64,000 nt of DNA from an uncultured archaeon A07HR67. Its GTDB lineage: Archaea > Halobacteriota > Halobacteria > Halobacteriales > Haloferacaceae. Below are positions 9,862 to 19,902 of the stretch, piece by piece (position 1 is the first letter of the stretch; every line of letters starts with the position of its first letter). Both the position numbers and the translations under genes were made by a program. The DNA is taken from NCBI GenBank assembly GCA_000496175.1, contig KI543168.1, positions 462,470 through 526,469 of the forward strand, read 5' to 3'. The notes under the pieces are model-generated. The model did no database searches and was not told the origin of the DNA. It saw nothing but the letters and a program-made list of their open reading frames with translations.

Positions 9862-11586
9862 ATGGACCTCGGCTCCGTCCCCGTCGTCGGGTGGCCCGCC
9901 GTCGGCTCGATCGCCGGCGGGGCCGGCGCGCTCGCGCTGGGGTGGGCGGTCCGCCGCCACCGCGGCCGCCCCGGCGTCGACTGGTTTCTCGGCGTGTTCC
10001 TCGCGCAGGCGACGTGGTGTTTCTCCTACGGGATCGGCCTGCTCGTCGACGGGCCGACGCTCCGGGTCGTCTTGGAGACGACGACCTGGCTCGGCATCGT
10101 CTGGACGGGGATCGCCTTTCTGGGGTTCGCGCTCGCGTACACCGGCCGCAGCGACGTGGTTCGGAGCCGGCTCTTCGCCGCGGTCGTCGGATTCGGGCTG
10201 GTCTCGACGGTCGGGCTCGCCACGAACGCGGTTCACGGCGCGTTCTGGACCGGTCTCGCGGTCGACCCGGCGTTCGGCGTTGCGACCGTCTCGTACAGCT
10301 TCGGCCCGTGGGCGTACCTCGTCGTCGCCGTCGAGACGGTGCTCGTTGCGAGCGGAGTCTTCCTGCTCGTGGATACGCTGCTCAGTTACGGGCCGCTCTA
10401 CCGGCGCGAGAGCGCGGCGGTCGCGTTGAGCTCGCTTCCGCCGGGATTCGCGCTCGTGGCGTGGACGCTCGAGCTTGGCCCCGTGCCACAGCTCCAGCTC
10501 GCGCCGCTCATGTTCGTTCCACACGTGCTGCTCGACGCGTACGCGTTCGACCGCGCGGAGATGTTCGACACCCACCCGACGACCAGCCGCGCGGCCGAGC
10601 GCACCGCCGTCGACGACATCGACGACCCCGTCGTCTCGCTCGCGCTCGACCGTCGGATCGTCCGGCTCAACCCGGCCGCCGAGACGCTCCTGGGCGTCGA
10701 TGCGGGAGAGGCCCACGACCGCCCGCTCGACGCGTTTCTCGACGTGCCGATCGATCCCGAAGACGACGGCGAATCGGTGACGGTCGACACCGCCGGCCGC
10801 CGCCGCACGTACGCGGTCTCGAGCTCGCGGCTGACCGACCCGAACGGAACACACGTGGGGTACACGGCGGTGTTCTCGGACGTCACTCGCCGCGAGCGCC
10901 GCCGACAACAGTTAGAAGTGCTCAATCGGGTGCTCCGACACAACCTCCGCAACGACGCCGGCGTCGTTCACGGCTACGGCGAACTTCTCGTCGAGCGGCT
11001 TGACGACCCCGGGCTCGTCTCGATGGCCGACGCGATCGAGCGACGGGCCGGCGCGCTGGCCGCGCTCGGCGAGAAGGCCGGCACCGTCGAGACGTTGTTA
11101 GCCGACGCCGAGCCGAGCGAGACCGACGCGGCCGAGGCGATCGAGACGGCCGTCGACGACGCCCGCGAGCGCTTCCCGGCAGCGCGTCTCGAGGTCGACG
11201 TCGACGACGGTCCGGCGGCGACGACGGTCCCGCTCAGGCCCGACGCGCTCCGCGCGGTGGCCGAAAACACCGTCGAGAACGCGCTCGAACACCACGACTG
11301 CGCGGGCGTCGTGCGCGATGACGGCAGCGCGTGGGCTCGGGTGAGGCTGCGGCGCGACGACGACCGTCTCGTGTTCACCGTCGTCGACGACGGCCCGGGG
11401 ATCCCCGACCACGAGGTCGCGGCGATCGAGGCCGGCCGAGAGACCGCGCTCGAACACGGCTCCGGGCTCGGATTGTGGCTCGTCGAGTGGGGCGCCGCCG
11501 CGCTGGGAGCCGACGTAGCGTACACCGACCGTGACCCGCGCGGCACCCGGGTGACGGTGTCGATCCCGGTCGTGGAAGAACGGTGA
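9862..11586 (+). CDS. 7TM-PAS sensor histidine kinase
   Basis: About 7 TM helices, PAS-like NPAAE, H-box LRHNLRN, ENALEH, DDGPGI, GSGLGL. Confidence 0.92.
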   Translation: MDLGSVPVVGWPAVGSIAGGAGALALGWAVRRHRGRPGVDWFLGVFLAQATWCFSYGIGLLVDGPTLRVVLETTTWLGIVWTGIAFLGFALAYTGRSDVVRSRLFAAVVGFGLVSTVGLATNAVHGAFWTGLAVDPAFGVATVSYSFGPWAYLVVAVETVLVASGVFLLVDTLLSYGPLYRRESAAVALSSLPPGFALVAWTLELGPVPQLQLAPLMFVPHVLLDAYAFDRAEMFDTHPTTSRAAERTAVDDIDDPVVSLALDRRIVRLNPAAETLLGVDAGEAHDRPLDAFLDVPIDPEDDGESVTVDTAGRRRTYAVSSSRLTDPNGTHVGYTAVFSDVTRRERRRQQLEVLNRVLRHNLRNDAGVVHGYGELLVERLDDPGLVSMADAIERRAGALAALGEKAGTVETLLADAEPSETDAAEAIETAVDDARERFPAARLEVDVDDGPAATTVPLRPDALRAVAENTVENALEHHDCAGVVRDDGSAWARVRLRRDDDRLVFTVVDDGPGIPDHEVAAIEAGRETALEHGSGLGLWLVEWGAAALGADVAYTDRDPRGTRVTVSIPVVEER

Positions 11587-11597
11587 CGCCCGGCGGC

Positions 11598-12341
11598 TCA
11601 GTCGCTCTGGATGCGGGGCGCGAGCATATAGGTCACCTGACCTAACCCCTCGCCGAAGCTGTAGTGGAGCTTGACGGGGAACTCCTCGCCGAGCTCGACG
11701 GTGACCTCGGCGTCGCCCGGGATCGCCTTGTTCATGTCCTTGAGATAGTCGAGGCTGAAAAGCGAGTCCGCGGCGCCGGCGGCGAGCGCGATCAGGTCTT
11801 CGCGGGCGAGCTCGAGGTCGACGTCGTCGGTGTCGCCCTCGGCCTCGATGAGGAACGTCTCGGCGGTCTCGTCGACGCGCAGGCGGATGTGGTCGGAGAC
11901 CATGTCGGCGGCTTTCACGCCGCGGTCCATCTGTGCGCCCTCGACGACGATCTCGGCGGGAAGGTCCAGCTCGGGGATGTCGGGCTCCTGTCGGATCGAG
12001 TCGGGGTCGATGAGCGCGAGGGTGTAGGAGAGTCCGTCGGTCTCGATGTGGAGCTTCCGGGTCTCCTCGTCGAGTTCGAGGTGGATCAGGTCACCGGAGG
12101 CGGCCATGCCGGCGATATCCTCGAGACGCGCGAGGTTGACGCCGATGACGCCGCCGTCTGCCTCGTACGACTCGAAGGCGGCGGCCTCGAGCGTGAGGTC
12201 GACCATCCCGACGTTCGCGGGGTCGACGGCGCGGATCGAGAGGGCCTCCTCGTTCAGGCGGATCTTACACTCGTCGACCAGCACGCTCACCGAATCGAGC
12301 GCGTCCTGCAGCGTCGACGCGCTCACGATGGCCTTGAACAT
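11598..12341 (-). CDS. pcn: PCNA sliding clamp
   Basis: 247 aa; [13 protein letters not shown]; YMLAPRI C-terminus. Confidence 0.97.
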   Translation of the reverse strand: MFKAIVSASTLQDALDSVSVLVDECKIRLNEEALSIRAVDPANVGMVDLTLEAAAFESYEADGGVIGVNLARLEDIAGMAASGDLIHLELDEETRKLHIETDGLSYTLALIDPDSIRQEPDIPELDLPAEIVVEGAQMDRGVKAADMVSDHIRLRVDETAETFLIEAEGDTDDVDLELAREDLIALAAGAADSLFSLDYLKDMNKAIPGDAEVTVELGEEFPVKLHYSFGEGLGQVTYMLAPRIQSD

Positions 12342-12470
12342 ATACGTTCAGCTACGGCGGTATCCCCTAAAAAGCCACCCAATCGGGACTCGCCGCCCCG
12401 GGAGCGAATCCGGCGACAAAAGGGGTGTGGTCGCCCCGCTCGGGTCGGGCGAACGGCAGACGCGACCGGC

Positions 12471-13850
12471 TCAGACGAGCGGCTCGACGAGCTCACGTCC
12501 CGCCGCCAGCAGCGTCTCGACGCGGTCGTCGGCGTCCGACTCGGCGTACACCCGCAGCTTCGGCTCGGTGCCCGACGGGCGGACGAGCAGCCAGGAGCCG
12601 TTCTCCAAGAGGAGCTTGAATCCGTCGAGAGTGACGACCTCCGCGACCGGATGTCCGGCGACCGAGTCCGGGATGTGGTCGTCTAACTCGTCGAGAACGG
12701 CCGCCTTGCGGTCGTCGGGACACTCGATCGACACCTTGCCGGCGGCGATCTGGCCGTGTTCCGCGAGCAGGCGGTCGACCCGCTCGTCGAAGGGCTCGGC
12801 GTCGGTCGCGTCGGCCGCGAGCAGCGCCATCAACACCCCGTCTTTCTCGCGAACGTGGCCGCGGACGGAGAAGCCGCCCGACTCCTCGCCGCCGAACAAC
12901 GCGTCGTGCTCGGCCATCGCCTCCGCGACCCACTTGAACCCGACGGGGGTCTCGAACACCGCCTGGCCGTGGGCCTCGGCGATCCGATCGACCAGAAACG
13001 TCGTCGAGACGGTGCGGACCGCCGGGCCGGCGTCGGTCTCCAACAGCCGGTCGTAGCAGGCGGCGTAAAACAGGTTGGCGTCGAGAACGCCCCGCTCGGG
13101 GGTCACCACCGCCACCCGGTCGGAGTCGCCGTCGTTGGCGATTCCGAGGTCGACGTCGGTGTCGGGGTCGGTCACGGTCGCCGCGAGCGCCTCGAGATGC
13201 TCCGCGCTCGGCTCCGGCGACGCGCCGCCGAACGTCGGGTCGCGGTCACACCGGAGCCGGCGCACCTCCGCGCCGGCCGACGCCAACAGGGCGTCCGTCA
13301 CGCCGCGGCCGCTGCCGTGCATCGCGTCGTACGCGACCGTGAGCCCGTCGAGGTCGGCGTCGACGAGTTCTCGGGCGGCCTCGGCGTGTGCGCTCACGAA
13401 GTCGTGTCGTCGGACCTCGCCGCGCTCGGCCTCGGGGAGGAGGTCTGGCTCCGCGAGCCGCGAGACGATGTCCTCGGTCACGTCTGGAAGCGCCGGCGCG
13501 CCGTCGTTCGGGATGAACTTCACGCCGTTGTACTCGGGCGGGTTGTGCGAGGCGGTCACCATACACGCCCCCGCCAGGTCGTTGTCGACGATGCCGTAGG
13601 CGATCACCGGAGTGGGGACGTCGCGTTCCGGCAGGAGGACGTCGAAGCCGTTGCCCGAGAGCACCTCGGCGAGGCTCTCGGCGAACCCCTCGCTCGTCTC
13701 GCGGGCGTCGTAGCCGACCGCGACCGGCTCGTCGTGACCCGCCGCGTCCAGGTGGTCGGCGACCGCTTGGCCGACGATGCGCACCCGGTCGTCGGTGAAG
13801 GTGTCGAGCGTCGCCCGCCAGCCGTCCGTGCCGAAAGAAATCTCGTCCAT
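12471..13850 (-). CDS. Phosphoglucomutase/phosphomannomutase
   Basis: FGTDGWR, TASHNP, DGDSDR, GEESGG, RPSGTEP. Confidence 0.95.
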   Translation of the reverse strand: MDEISFGTDGWRATLDTFTDDRVRIVGQAVADHLDAAGHDEPVAVGYDARETSEGFAESLAEVLSGNGFDVLLPERDVPTPVIAYGIVDNDLAGACMVTASHNPPEYNGVKFIPNDGAPALPDVTEDIVSRLAEPDLLPEAERGEVRRHDFVSAHAEAARELVDADLDGLTVAYDAMHGSGRGVTDALLASAGAEVRRLRCDRDPTFGGASPEPSAEHLEALAATVTDPDTDVDLGIANDGDSDRVAVVTPERGVLDANLFYAACYDRLLETDAGPAVRTVSTTFLVDRIAEAHGQAVFETPVGFKWVAEAMAEHDALFGGEESGGFSVRGHVREKDGVLMALLAADATDAEPFDERVDRLLAEHGQIAAGKVSIECPDDRKAAVLDELDDHIPDSVAGHPVAEVVTLDGFKLLLENGSWLLVRPSGTEPKLRVYAESDADDRVETLLAAGRELVEPLV

Positions 13851-13941
13851 ACCTCACGTCTCGCGCGCGAGGATAATAATGGCCGGTGTCGGCCGCCGGG
13901 CGCCCCGTCGGGTTTTAGCCTGCGGGCGTGAAACGGCCGCT

Positions 13942-14475
13942 ATGACGACGATCGTCGCGGTATCCGGCAGCCGGCGGGCAGACAGCACGACGAAAGCCGC
14001 CCTGCGCGTCGCGCTCGCGGGGGCCGCAGACGCCGGCGCGACCGTCGAACTGATCGACCTCGGGGCCGTCGACCTGCCGTTGTATCACCCCGACGAGGAC
14101 GAGCAGGGCGACAGCGAGCGACTGAAACGGCAGGTTCGCCGGGCCGACGGCGTCGTCGCCGGCACGCCGGTGTACCGCGGCTCCTACTCGTCGACGTTCA
14201 AGAACTTCCACGACTTCTGTGGGTCCGACGAGTACCAACACACCGCGGTGGGGTTGTTGGCCACCGCCGGCGGCGGCTCCTACGGCGGAACGCTCGAACA
14301 CCTCCGGTCGACGTTCCGGAACGTCCACGCGTGGGTCGTCCCCCACGAGGTCGGGATCCGCGGCGCCGCCTCGAAGCTCGACGCCGACGGCGGGTTCCGC
14401 GACGACGACCTCGAGGAGCGAACCGAACGCCTCGGCCGGGTCGTCGCCGAGCACGCCGAGCGGGTGAACGGATGA
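13942..14475 (+). CDS. NADPH-dependent FMN reductase family
   Basis: SGSRR, TPVYRGSYSSTFKN. Confidence 0.9.
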   Translation: MTTIVAVSGSRRADSTTKAALRVALAGAADAGATVELIDLGAVDLPLYHPDEDEQGDSERLKRQVRRADGVVAGTPVYRGSYSSTFKNFHDFCGSDEYQHTAVGLLATAGGGSYGGTLEHLRSTFRNVHAWVVPHEVGIRGAASKLDADGGFRDDDLEERTERLGRVVAEHAERVNG

Positions 14476-14586
14476 CGGCCGGGACGCCCCGGGGCCGTCC
14501 GTGGTCTGGATGCTCGGGGAGCCACACAGCACGGTGTTGTCTGCGCCCGCCTGGCTCGGATCGCTAGCGAGCCCGCGTCCCGTCGT

Positions 14587-15495
14587 TCACGAGTCGGTGT
14601 CGGGGCCCAGCAGTTCGACCAACAACGCGTTCTGTGCGTGCATCCGGTTCTCCGCCTGGTCCCACACGAGCGCGCGGTCGGACTCGAGCACGTCGTCGGT
14701 GATCTCCTCGCCACGGTGGGCGGGAAGACAGTGCAACACCTTCGCGTCGGTGTCCGCGAGCAGGTCGGCGTTCACCTGGAAGCCGTCGAAGGCGGCGAGC
14801 TTCTCCGCGCGTTCGTCTTCTTGGCCCATCGAGATCCAGACGTCGGTGTAGACGACGTCGGCGTCGGCCACGACGGCCGCCGGGTCGGTCGTCGGCTCGA
14901 CGTCGGCGCCGAAGGCAGCAGCCCGTTCGAACACCGCGGGGTCCATTCCGTACGCCGCGGGCGTCGCGACCGACACGTCCAGTCCCGCCATCGCCGCGCC
15001 GACGACGAACGACTGGCCGACGTTGTTGCCGTCGCCGACCCAGGCCACGCTCGCGTCCGCGCCGACCGCCTCGCGGATCGTGAGCAGGTCCGCGAGCGTC
15101 TGACAGGGATGGGCCTCGTCGGTGAGTCCGTTGATCACCGGGCAGTCGGCGTGAGCAGCGAGCGTCTCGACGTCGGCGTGGTCGAACAACCGGGCCATCA
15201 CCCCGTCCACGTAGCGACCCAGCACGCGCGCCGTGTCGCGCAACGGCTCGCCGTGGCCGAGTTGGAGGTCGTCGGGGCCGAGAAACATCGCGTGGCCGCC
15301 CAATCGCGTCATCCCCGTCTCGAAGGAGATCCGCGTCCGCGTCGACGGCTTCTCGAAGATCATTCCGAGCGTGGCGTCGGGGAGTCGCGGGGCGGTCTCG
15401 CCGGCCTTCATCGCGGCCGCGCGGTCGAGCAGGGCGTCCAGTTCGGCTGGCGTCACGTCGTCGATGTCGAGGAAATTGTCGGTTGCGAGTGGCAT
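14587..15495 (-). CDS. argF: Ornithine carbamoyltransferase
   Basis: STRTR, HPCQ, WISMG, HCLP. Confidence 0.96.
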   Translation of the reverse strand: MPLATDNFLDIDDVTPAELDALLDRAAAMKAGETAPRLPDATLGMIFEKPSTRTRISFETGMTRLGGHAMFLGPDDLQLGHGEPLRDTARVLGRYVDGVMARLFDHADVETLAAHADCPVINGLTDEAHPCQTLADLLTIREAVGADASVAWVGDGNNVGQSFVVGAAMAGLDVSVATPAAYGMDPAVFERAAAFGADVEPTTDPAAVVADADVVYTDVWISMGQEDERAEKLAAFDGFQVNADLLADTDAKVLHCLPAHRGEEITDDVLESDRALVWDQAENRMHAQNALLVELLGPDTDS

Positions 15496-15573
15496 GGTGT
15501 GAGTGTGGTGGTCGAGGTGAGCGAGCGAGACGGTCGTTGGGTGATATATGACGCCGCGGCGCGCGGCCGCGAG

Positions 15574-16791
15574 TCAGGATCGGTCGCGACAGACGTCCGC
15601 CAGCACGGTCGTCGCGCGGTCCAACTCCGAGAGCGGGAGCCGCTCATCGGGCGCGTGGTCCAACTCCGAGTTGCCGGGGCCGTAGGTGACCATCGGGCAG
15701 TCCCACTCGGCCGCGTAGAGGTTCATGTCGCTGGTGCCGGTTTTTCTGAGCAGGCGGACGTCGCCGCCGGCCGCGCGGATCGCCACGCGGAACGCCCGCG
15801 CCAGGTCGGTTCGGGGGCTCTCCATCACGGGCGGGATCGGCTCCTTCCACTGGACCGAGCCGGTCGTCAGGTCGGCTTCCGCGAGCTCGTGAATCTCGTC
15901 GACCGTGCGCGAGGGCGGGACCCGGAGCTGGACGTCCATCGCCGCCTCGACCGCGAGCCCGTCGTCTGTCAACCCGCCGTCGACGGAGACGGGCTTCGTC
16001 GTCACCTGCTCGAAGACGGGCGTGTCTGCGTCCGTCGGGGTGAACGTCTCCTCGACGTCGTGCCACCAGTCGATCGCGTGTTGGATCGCGTTCGGCTCCG
16101 GGCGCGAGGAGTGGCCGGACTCGCTGGCGTTCACGTAGGTTCCCGAGAGAAACCCGCGGTAGCCGAGGGTGATCCCGTCCCAGCCGGACGGCTCGCCGTT
16201 CACCACCGCCTCGGGCGCGTCGCGGTCGGCGACGAGGTGCCGGGCACCTCGCGAGTTCGTCTCCTCGCCGACGACGCCGACGAAAGAGACGCCGGTCTCG
16301 ACGGCGGCGACCGCCATCGAGACCAACGGCCCGGTGGCGTCGACCGCGCCGCGGCCCCACAACACGGGTTCGCCCGGCTCGCCGACCCGAACGTCGGTCG
16401 CCCCGAGTTCGTCGATGTCGGCGGGCGAGGGGCGAACCTCGACGGGCATGCTGCCCGGGACCGTGTCGATGTGAGAGGTCAACAACACCGCGTCGTTCGC
16501 CGGCGCGCGGACGTTCCCCACCTCGTCGGTCCACGCCTCGCGGCCGTTCGCCTCGAAGAAGTCGACGAGCCGGTCGGCGGCTGTCGACTCCTCACCGGAG
16601 GGCGACGGGATAGAGACGAGGTCGTACAACAGCTTCCGAGCCGGGGTGTCGCAGGCCTCGGGGTAGCCGCCGCCGGCGACCACGTCGGTGCCGGGGTCGG
16701 ACTGTCCGCCGGTCGAGGTGCCCGAGCGGTCGGACTGCCCGCCGGTCGAATCGGCCGGCCGTTCCGTCCGGCCGTCGGGCGCGGCGGTCAC
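15574..16791 (-). CDS. argE: [ArgW/LysW]-ornithine/lysine hydrolase (M20)
   Basis: SHIDTV, GRGAVDA, GEE, GEPS, HAPDE; GTG overlaps argD stop (GTGA). Confidence 0.9.
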   Translation of the reverse strand: MTAAPDGRTERPADSTGGQSDRSGTSTGGQSDPGTDVVAGGGYPEACDTPARKLLYDLVSIPSPSGEESTAADRLVDFFEANGREAWTDEVGNVRAPANDAVLLTSHIDTVPGSMPVEVRPSPADIDELGATDVRVGEPGEPVLWGRGAVDATGPLVSMAVAAVETGVSFVGVVGEETNSRGARHLVADRDAPEAVVNGEPSGWDGITLGYRGFLSGTYVNASESGHSSRPEPNAIQHAIDWWHDVEETFTPTDADTPVFEQVTTKPVSVDGGLTDDGLAVEAAMDVQLRVPPSRTVDEIHELAEADLTTGSVQWKEPIPPVMESPRTDLARAFRVAIRAAGGDVRLLRKTGTSDMNLYAAEWDCPMVTYGPGNSELDHAPDERLPLSELDRATTVLADVCRDRS

Positions 16792-17915
16792 GAGACCACC
16801 TCTGCGATCGCGTCGACGACCGCGTCGGCGTGGTCGCGGTCGACGGTCAACGGCGGGAGCAGCCGCAACACGGTGCGGCCCGCCGGCAGCGCGAGAATCT
16901 GATGGTTGATTGCCAGGTCGCGGACGACCCGGTTGGAGCCGCGTCTCACCTCGATGCCGATCATCAGGCCGTCCCCGCGAACGTCGCGCACGTCGTCGCC
17001 GAGGCGTGCCTCGGCCTCGCGGCGGAGATACGAGCCGACCTCGGCGGCGTGTGCCGGAAGCGACTCGCGCTGGATGACGTCGAGGGTAGCGCCCGCGGCG
17101 GCCGACACAACGGGACCGCCCGAGAACGTCGACCCGTGGTTCCCGCAGTCTTCCGCGATCCAGTCGCGACACAGCGTCGCGCCGATCGGAAGCCCGCTGC
17201 CGAGCCCCTTCGCGGTCGTGAGGATGTCGGGCACCACGTCGTGGCGGTCCGCCGCCCACAACGAACCGGTGCGGCCCAGTCCGGTCTGAATCTCGTCGAG
17301 GATCATCGCGGCCCCCGACGTCGCGGTCGCGACGCGGACCGCCTGGAGGTACTCGGTGGAGACCGGGTTGATGCCGCCCTCGCCCTGGAGGGGTTCGAGG
17401 ATCACCGCGGCGGTCTCCTCGTCGACCGCCTCCATCATCGCCGCCGTGTCGCCGTACTCGACGAACTCCACGCCGCCGGCGAGCGGCTCGAACGGCTTCT
17501 TGTACTTGTCTTTCCAGGTGGTCGCGAGCGCGCCCATCGTCCGGCCGTGAAAGCCCTGCGTCGTCGCGACGATCTTTTGCCGGCCGGTCGCGCTCCGGGC
17601 GAACTTCAGCGCGGCCTCGTTGGCCTCGGTCCCGGAGTTACACAGCCAGACGTTGTCGACGTCGACGGGAGCGGTCTCGGCCAGCCCCTCGTACAGGGCC
17701 GTCCGCGCCGCGTGCGGGTACGACGCCTGGACGTACATGAGCTCCTCCAGCTGCGTCGTCGCGGCGTCGACGACCTCGGGGTGACAGTGGCCGACCGGGA
17801 CACACGCGTAACTCGCGCCAAAGTCGAGATACTCGGTCCCGTTCGTGTCGGTGATGTGGACGCCGTCGCCGGAGGCGATCTCGATCGGCTTCTCGGAGAA
17901 GACGAAGCCGCTCAT
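16788..17915 (-). CDS. argD: [ArgW/LysW]-semialdehyde aminotransferase (class III)
   Basis: NSGTEANE, FHGRT, DEIQTG, AKGLG. Confidence 0.93.
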   Translation of the reverse strand: MSGFVFSEKPIEIASGDGVHITDTNGTEYLDFGASYACVPVGHCHPEVVDAATTQLEELMYVQASYPHAARTALYEGLAETAPVDVDNVWLCNSGTEANEAALKFARSATGRQKIVATTQGFHGRTMGALATTWKDKYKKPFEPLAGGVEFVEYGDTAAMMEAVDEETAAVILEPLQGEGGINPVSTEYLQAVRVATATSGAAMILDEIQTGLGRTGSLWAADRHDVVPDILTTAKGLGSGLPIGATLCRDWIAEDCGNHGSTFSGGPVVSAAAGATLDVIQRESLPAHAAEVGSYLRREAEARLGDDVRDVRGDGLMIGIEVRRGSNRVVRDLAINHQILALPAGRTVLRLLPPLTVDRDHADAVVDAIAEVVS

Positions 17916-18802
17916 GCGGTCTCACCTCCGATCTCTATCGCGTCGGGGCCGTCCTCGTCGAGCACGGAGCGCGCGATGACCGTCCCCGTCCCGCCGAGCG
18001 CGGCGAGGATCGGGTCGGCGGCGTTCGCGTCCGCGACGACGACACGCCCGGCGCCGCCCGAGAGCGCCTCGGTCGCCGCCATCACCTTCTTGCTCATGAA
18101 CCCCTCGGCGGCGTCCTCAACCGCCGCCAGGTCCGCGGGCGTGGTCGCAGCGTCGATGAGCGTGTCGGGGTCGGCGGGGTCGGCGTAAACACCGGCCACG
18201 TCGGTCAACAAAACGAGATCGGCCGCCAGCGCGCCCGCGACCGCCGCGGCCGCCCGGTCGGCGTCCGTGTTGACTGCCGTCACGTCGCCGTCGTCCTCCT
18301 GGCCGGCCATCGGGGGCGAGACGACGGGCGTGTAGCCGTCGGCGAGCAGTCCGCCGAGCAGGTCGGCGTTCACCGACTCGATCCGCCCGGAGTGGTCGCC
18401 GCGTCTGATCTTGCGTTTGCCCTCCTCGACGACGCGGACGGCCGACTTGCGGGGTCCCGAGAGGAGCCCGCCGTCGACGCCGGAGAGGCCGACCGCGTCG
18501 ACGCCCGCCGCCCGGAACCGCGCGGTCAACTCGGTGTTGAGTTTGCCCGCCATCGCCATCGCGAACGCCTCCATCGTCGCCGCGTCGGTGAACCGACCGG
18601 TGACGCCGGAGGCGGATTCGACGTACTCGGGCTCCATGCCGAGCCGTTCGATCGTCTCGTCGACGACCGTCGAGCCGCCGTGGACGACGACGACGTCGCG
18701 GCCGTCGGCCGCGAGCGTCGCGACGTCGCCGACCGCGCCGGCGGGGTCGACCGCCTTCGCGCCGCCGATCTTGACCACGACGGGCGAGTCGGCGCCGCTC
18801 AT
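17912..18802 (-). CDS. argB: [ArgW/LysW]-glutamate/aminoadipate kinase
   Basis: VVKIGG, VHGG, NTDAD, TDVAG; ATGA overlaps at both ends. Confidence 0.93.
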   Translation of the reverse strand: MSGADSPVVVKIGGAKAVDPAGAVGDVATLAADGRDVVVVHGGSTVVDETIERLGMEPEYVESASGVTGRFTDAATMEAFAMAMAGKLNTELTARFRAAGVDAVGLSGVDGGLLSGPRKSAVRVVEEGKRKIRRGDHSGRIESVNADLLGGLLADGYTPVVSPPMAGQEDDGDVTAVNTDADRAAAAVAGALAADLVLLTDVAGVYADPADPDTLIDAATTPADLAAVEDAAEGFMSKKVMAATEALSGGAGRVVVADANAADPILAALGGTGTVIARSVLDEDGPDAIEIGGETA

Positions 18803-19902
18803 GGCGACCCCACGGGGTGAAGCCCCTCGAAGCCCAATCCGGCGGTCTCCGGCAGTCCGAGCGCGATGTTGGCCGCGTGGACCGCCTGACCCGCCGATCC
18901 CTTGGTCATGTTGTCGATCGCCGAGAAGACGACCACGCGCTCGTTGCCGGGGTCGAGCTCGAAGCCGACCTCGCCGTAGTTGGTGCCGGCGACCGACTTC
19001 GGCTCGGGGTAGCGGTAGACGCCGCCCCCGCCGGCGACGATCCGCATGAACGGCTCGTCGGCGTACGCGCCCCGGAACGCGCTCCACAGGTCCGCCTTCG
19101 AGAGGGGTTCGTCGGGGAAGACGTGACACGTCGCCGACGCGCCGCGAACCATGTCGACCGCGTGAACGGTAAAGGAGACAGCTAGCCCGAGGTACGCCTC
19201 GATCTCCGCCTCGTGGCGGTGGCCGGTCGGGGCGTACGGCCGCACGACGCCCGAACGCTCGGGATGTGAGGAGGCCGCGCCGCCGCCCGCACCCCCTTCC
19301 GAGGAGCCGACCTTCACGTCGACGACGACGTCGCCGGCCGCAGAGCCGAGCACTCCCGCGTCGACGAGGGGTTTGAGCCCGAGAATCGTCGCGGTCGCGT
19401 TACAACCGCCCCCGGCGATCAGATCGGCACCGGGGAGGTTCTCGCGGTTGAGTTCCGGGAGCGCGTACTCCGCCCGCTCGAGGAACGCCGGCGCTGCGTG
19501 GCCGTCGTACCACTCGTCGTAGGCGGCCGCTTGGGGCAGCCGAAAGTCCGCCGAGAGGTCGACCACCGTGTCGGCCGCCTCGAAGTAGGCGTCGATCCGG
19601 TCCATCGAGACGCCGTGTGGCGTCGCCGAAAAGAGCACGTCGACGGACTCGAGATCGTCTGGCGCCGAAAACCGGAGGTCGAGACCCCGGAGGTTCGGGT
19701 GCGACCGGCCGACAGTCATGTTGTCGGCCGACCGCGAGGTGGCCTGGACGACCTCGAAGCCGGGGTGGCCGGCGAGAAGCCGCAACAACTCGCCGCCGGT
19801 GAAACCGGTGGCGCCGACGACGCTCGCGGTGTACGTCTCCGTTGCGGCGTCGGCCGTGGTCGCTCCGGTCTCGGAGTCGAGGGTCGCGTCGGCGCCGGTC
19901 AT
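18799..19902 (-). CDS. argC: [ArgW/LysW]-glutamyl-phosphate reductase
   Basis: GATGFTG, DLSADFR, GGGCNAT, IDNMTKGSAGQA. Confidence 0.94.
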   Translation of the reverse strand: MTGADATLDSETGATTADAATETYTASVVGATGFTGGELLRLLAGHPGFEVVQATSRSADNMTVGRSHPNLRGLDLRFSAPDDLESVDVLFSATPHGVSMDRIDAYFEAADTVVDLSADFRLPQAAAYDEWYDGHAAPAFLERAEYALPELNRENLPGADLIAGGGCNATATILGLKPLVDAGVLGSAAGDVVVDVKVGSSEGGAGGGAASSHPERSGVVRPYAPTGHRHEAEIEAYLGLAVSFTVHAVDMVRGASATCHVFPDEPLSKADLWSAFRGAYADEPFMRIVAGGGGVYRYPEPKSVAGTNYGEVGFELDPGNERVVVFSAIDNMTKGSAGQAVHAANIALGLPETAGLGFEGLHPVGSP

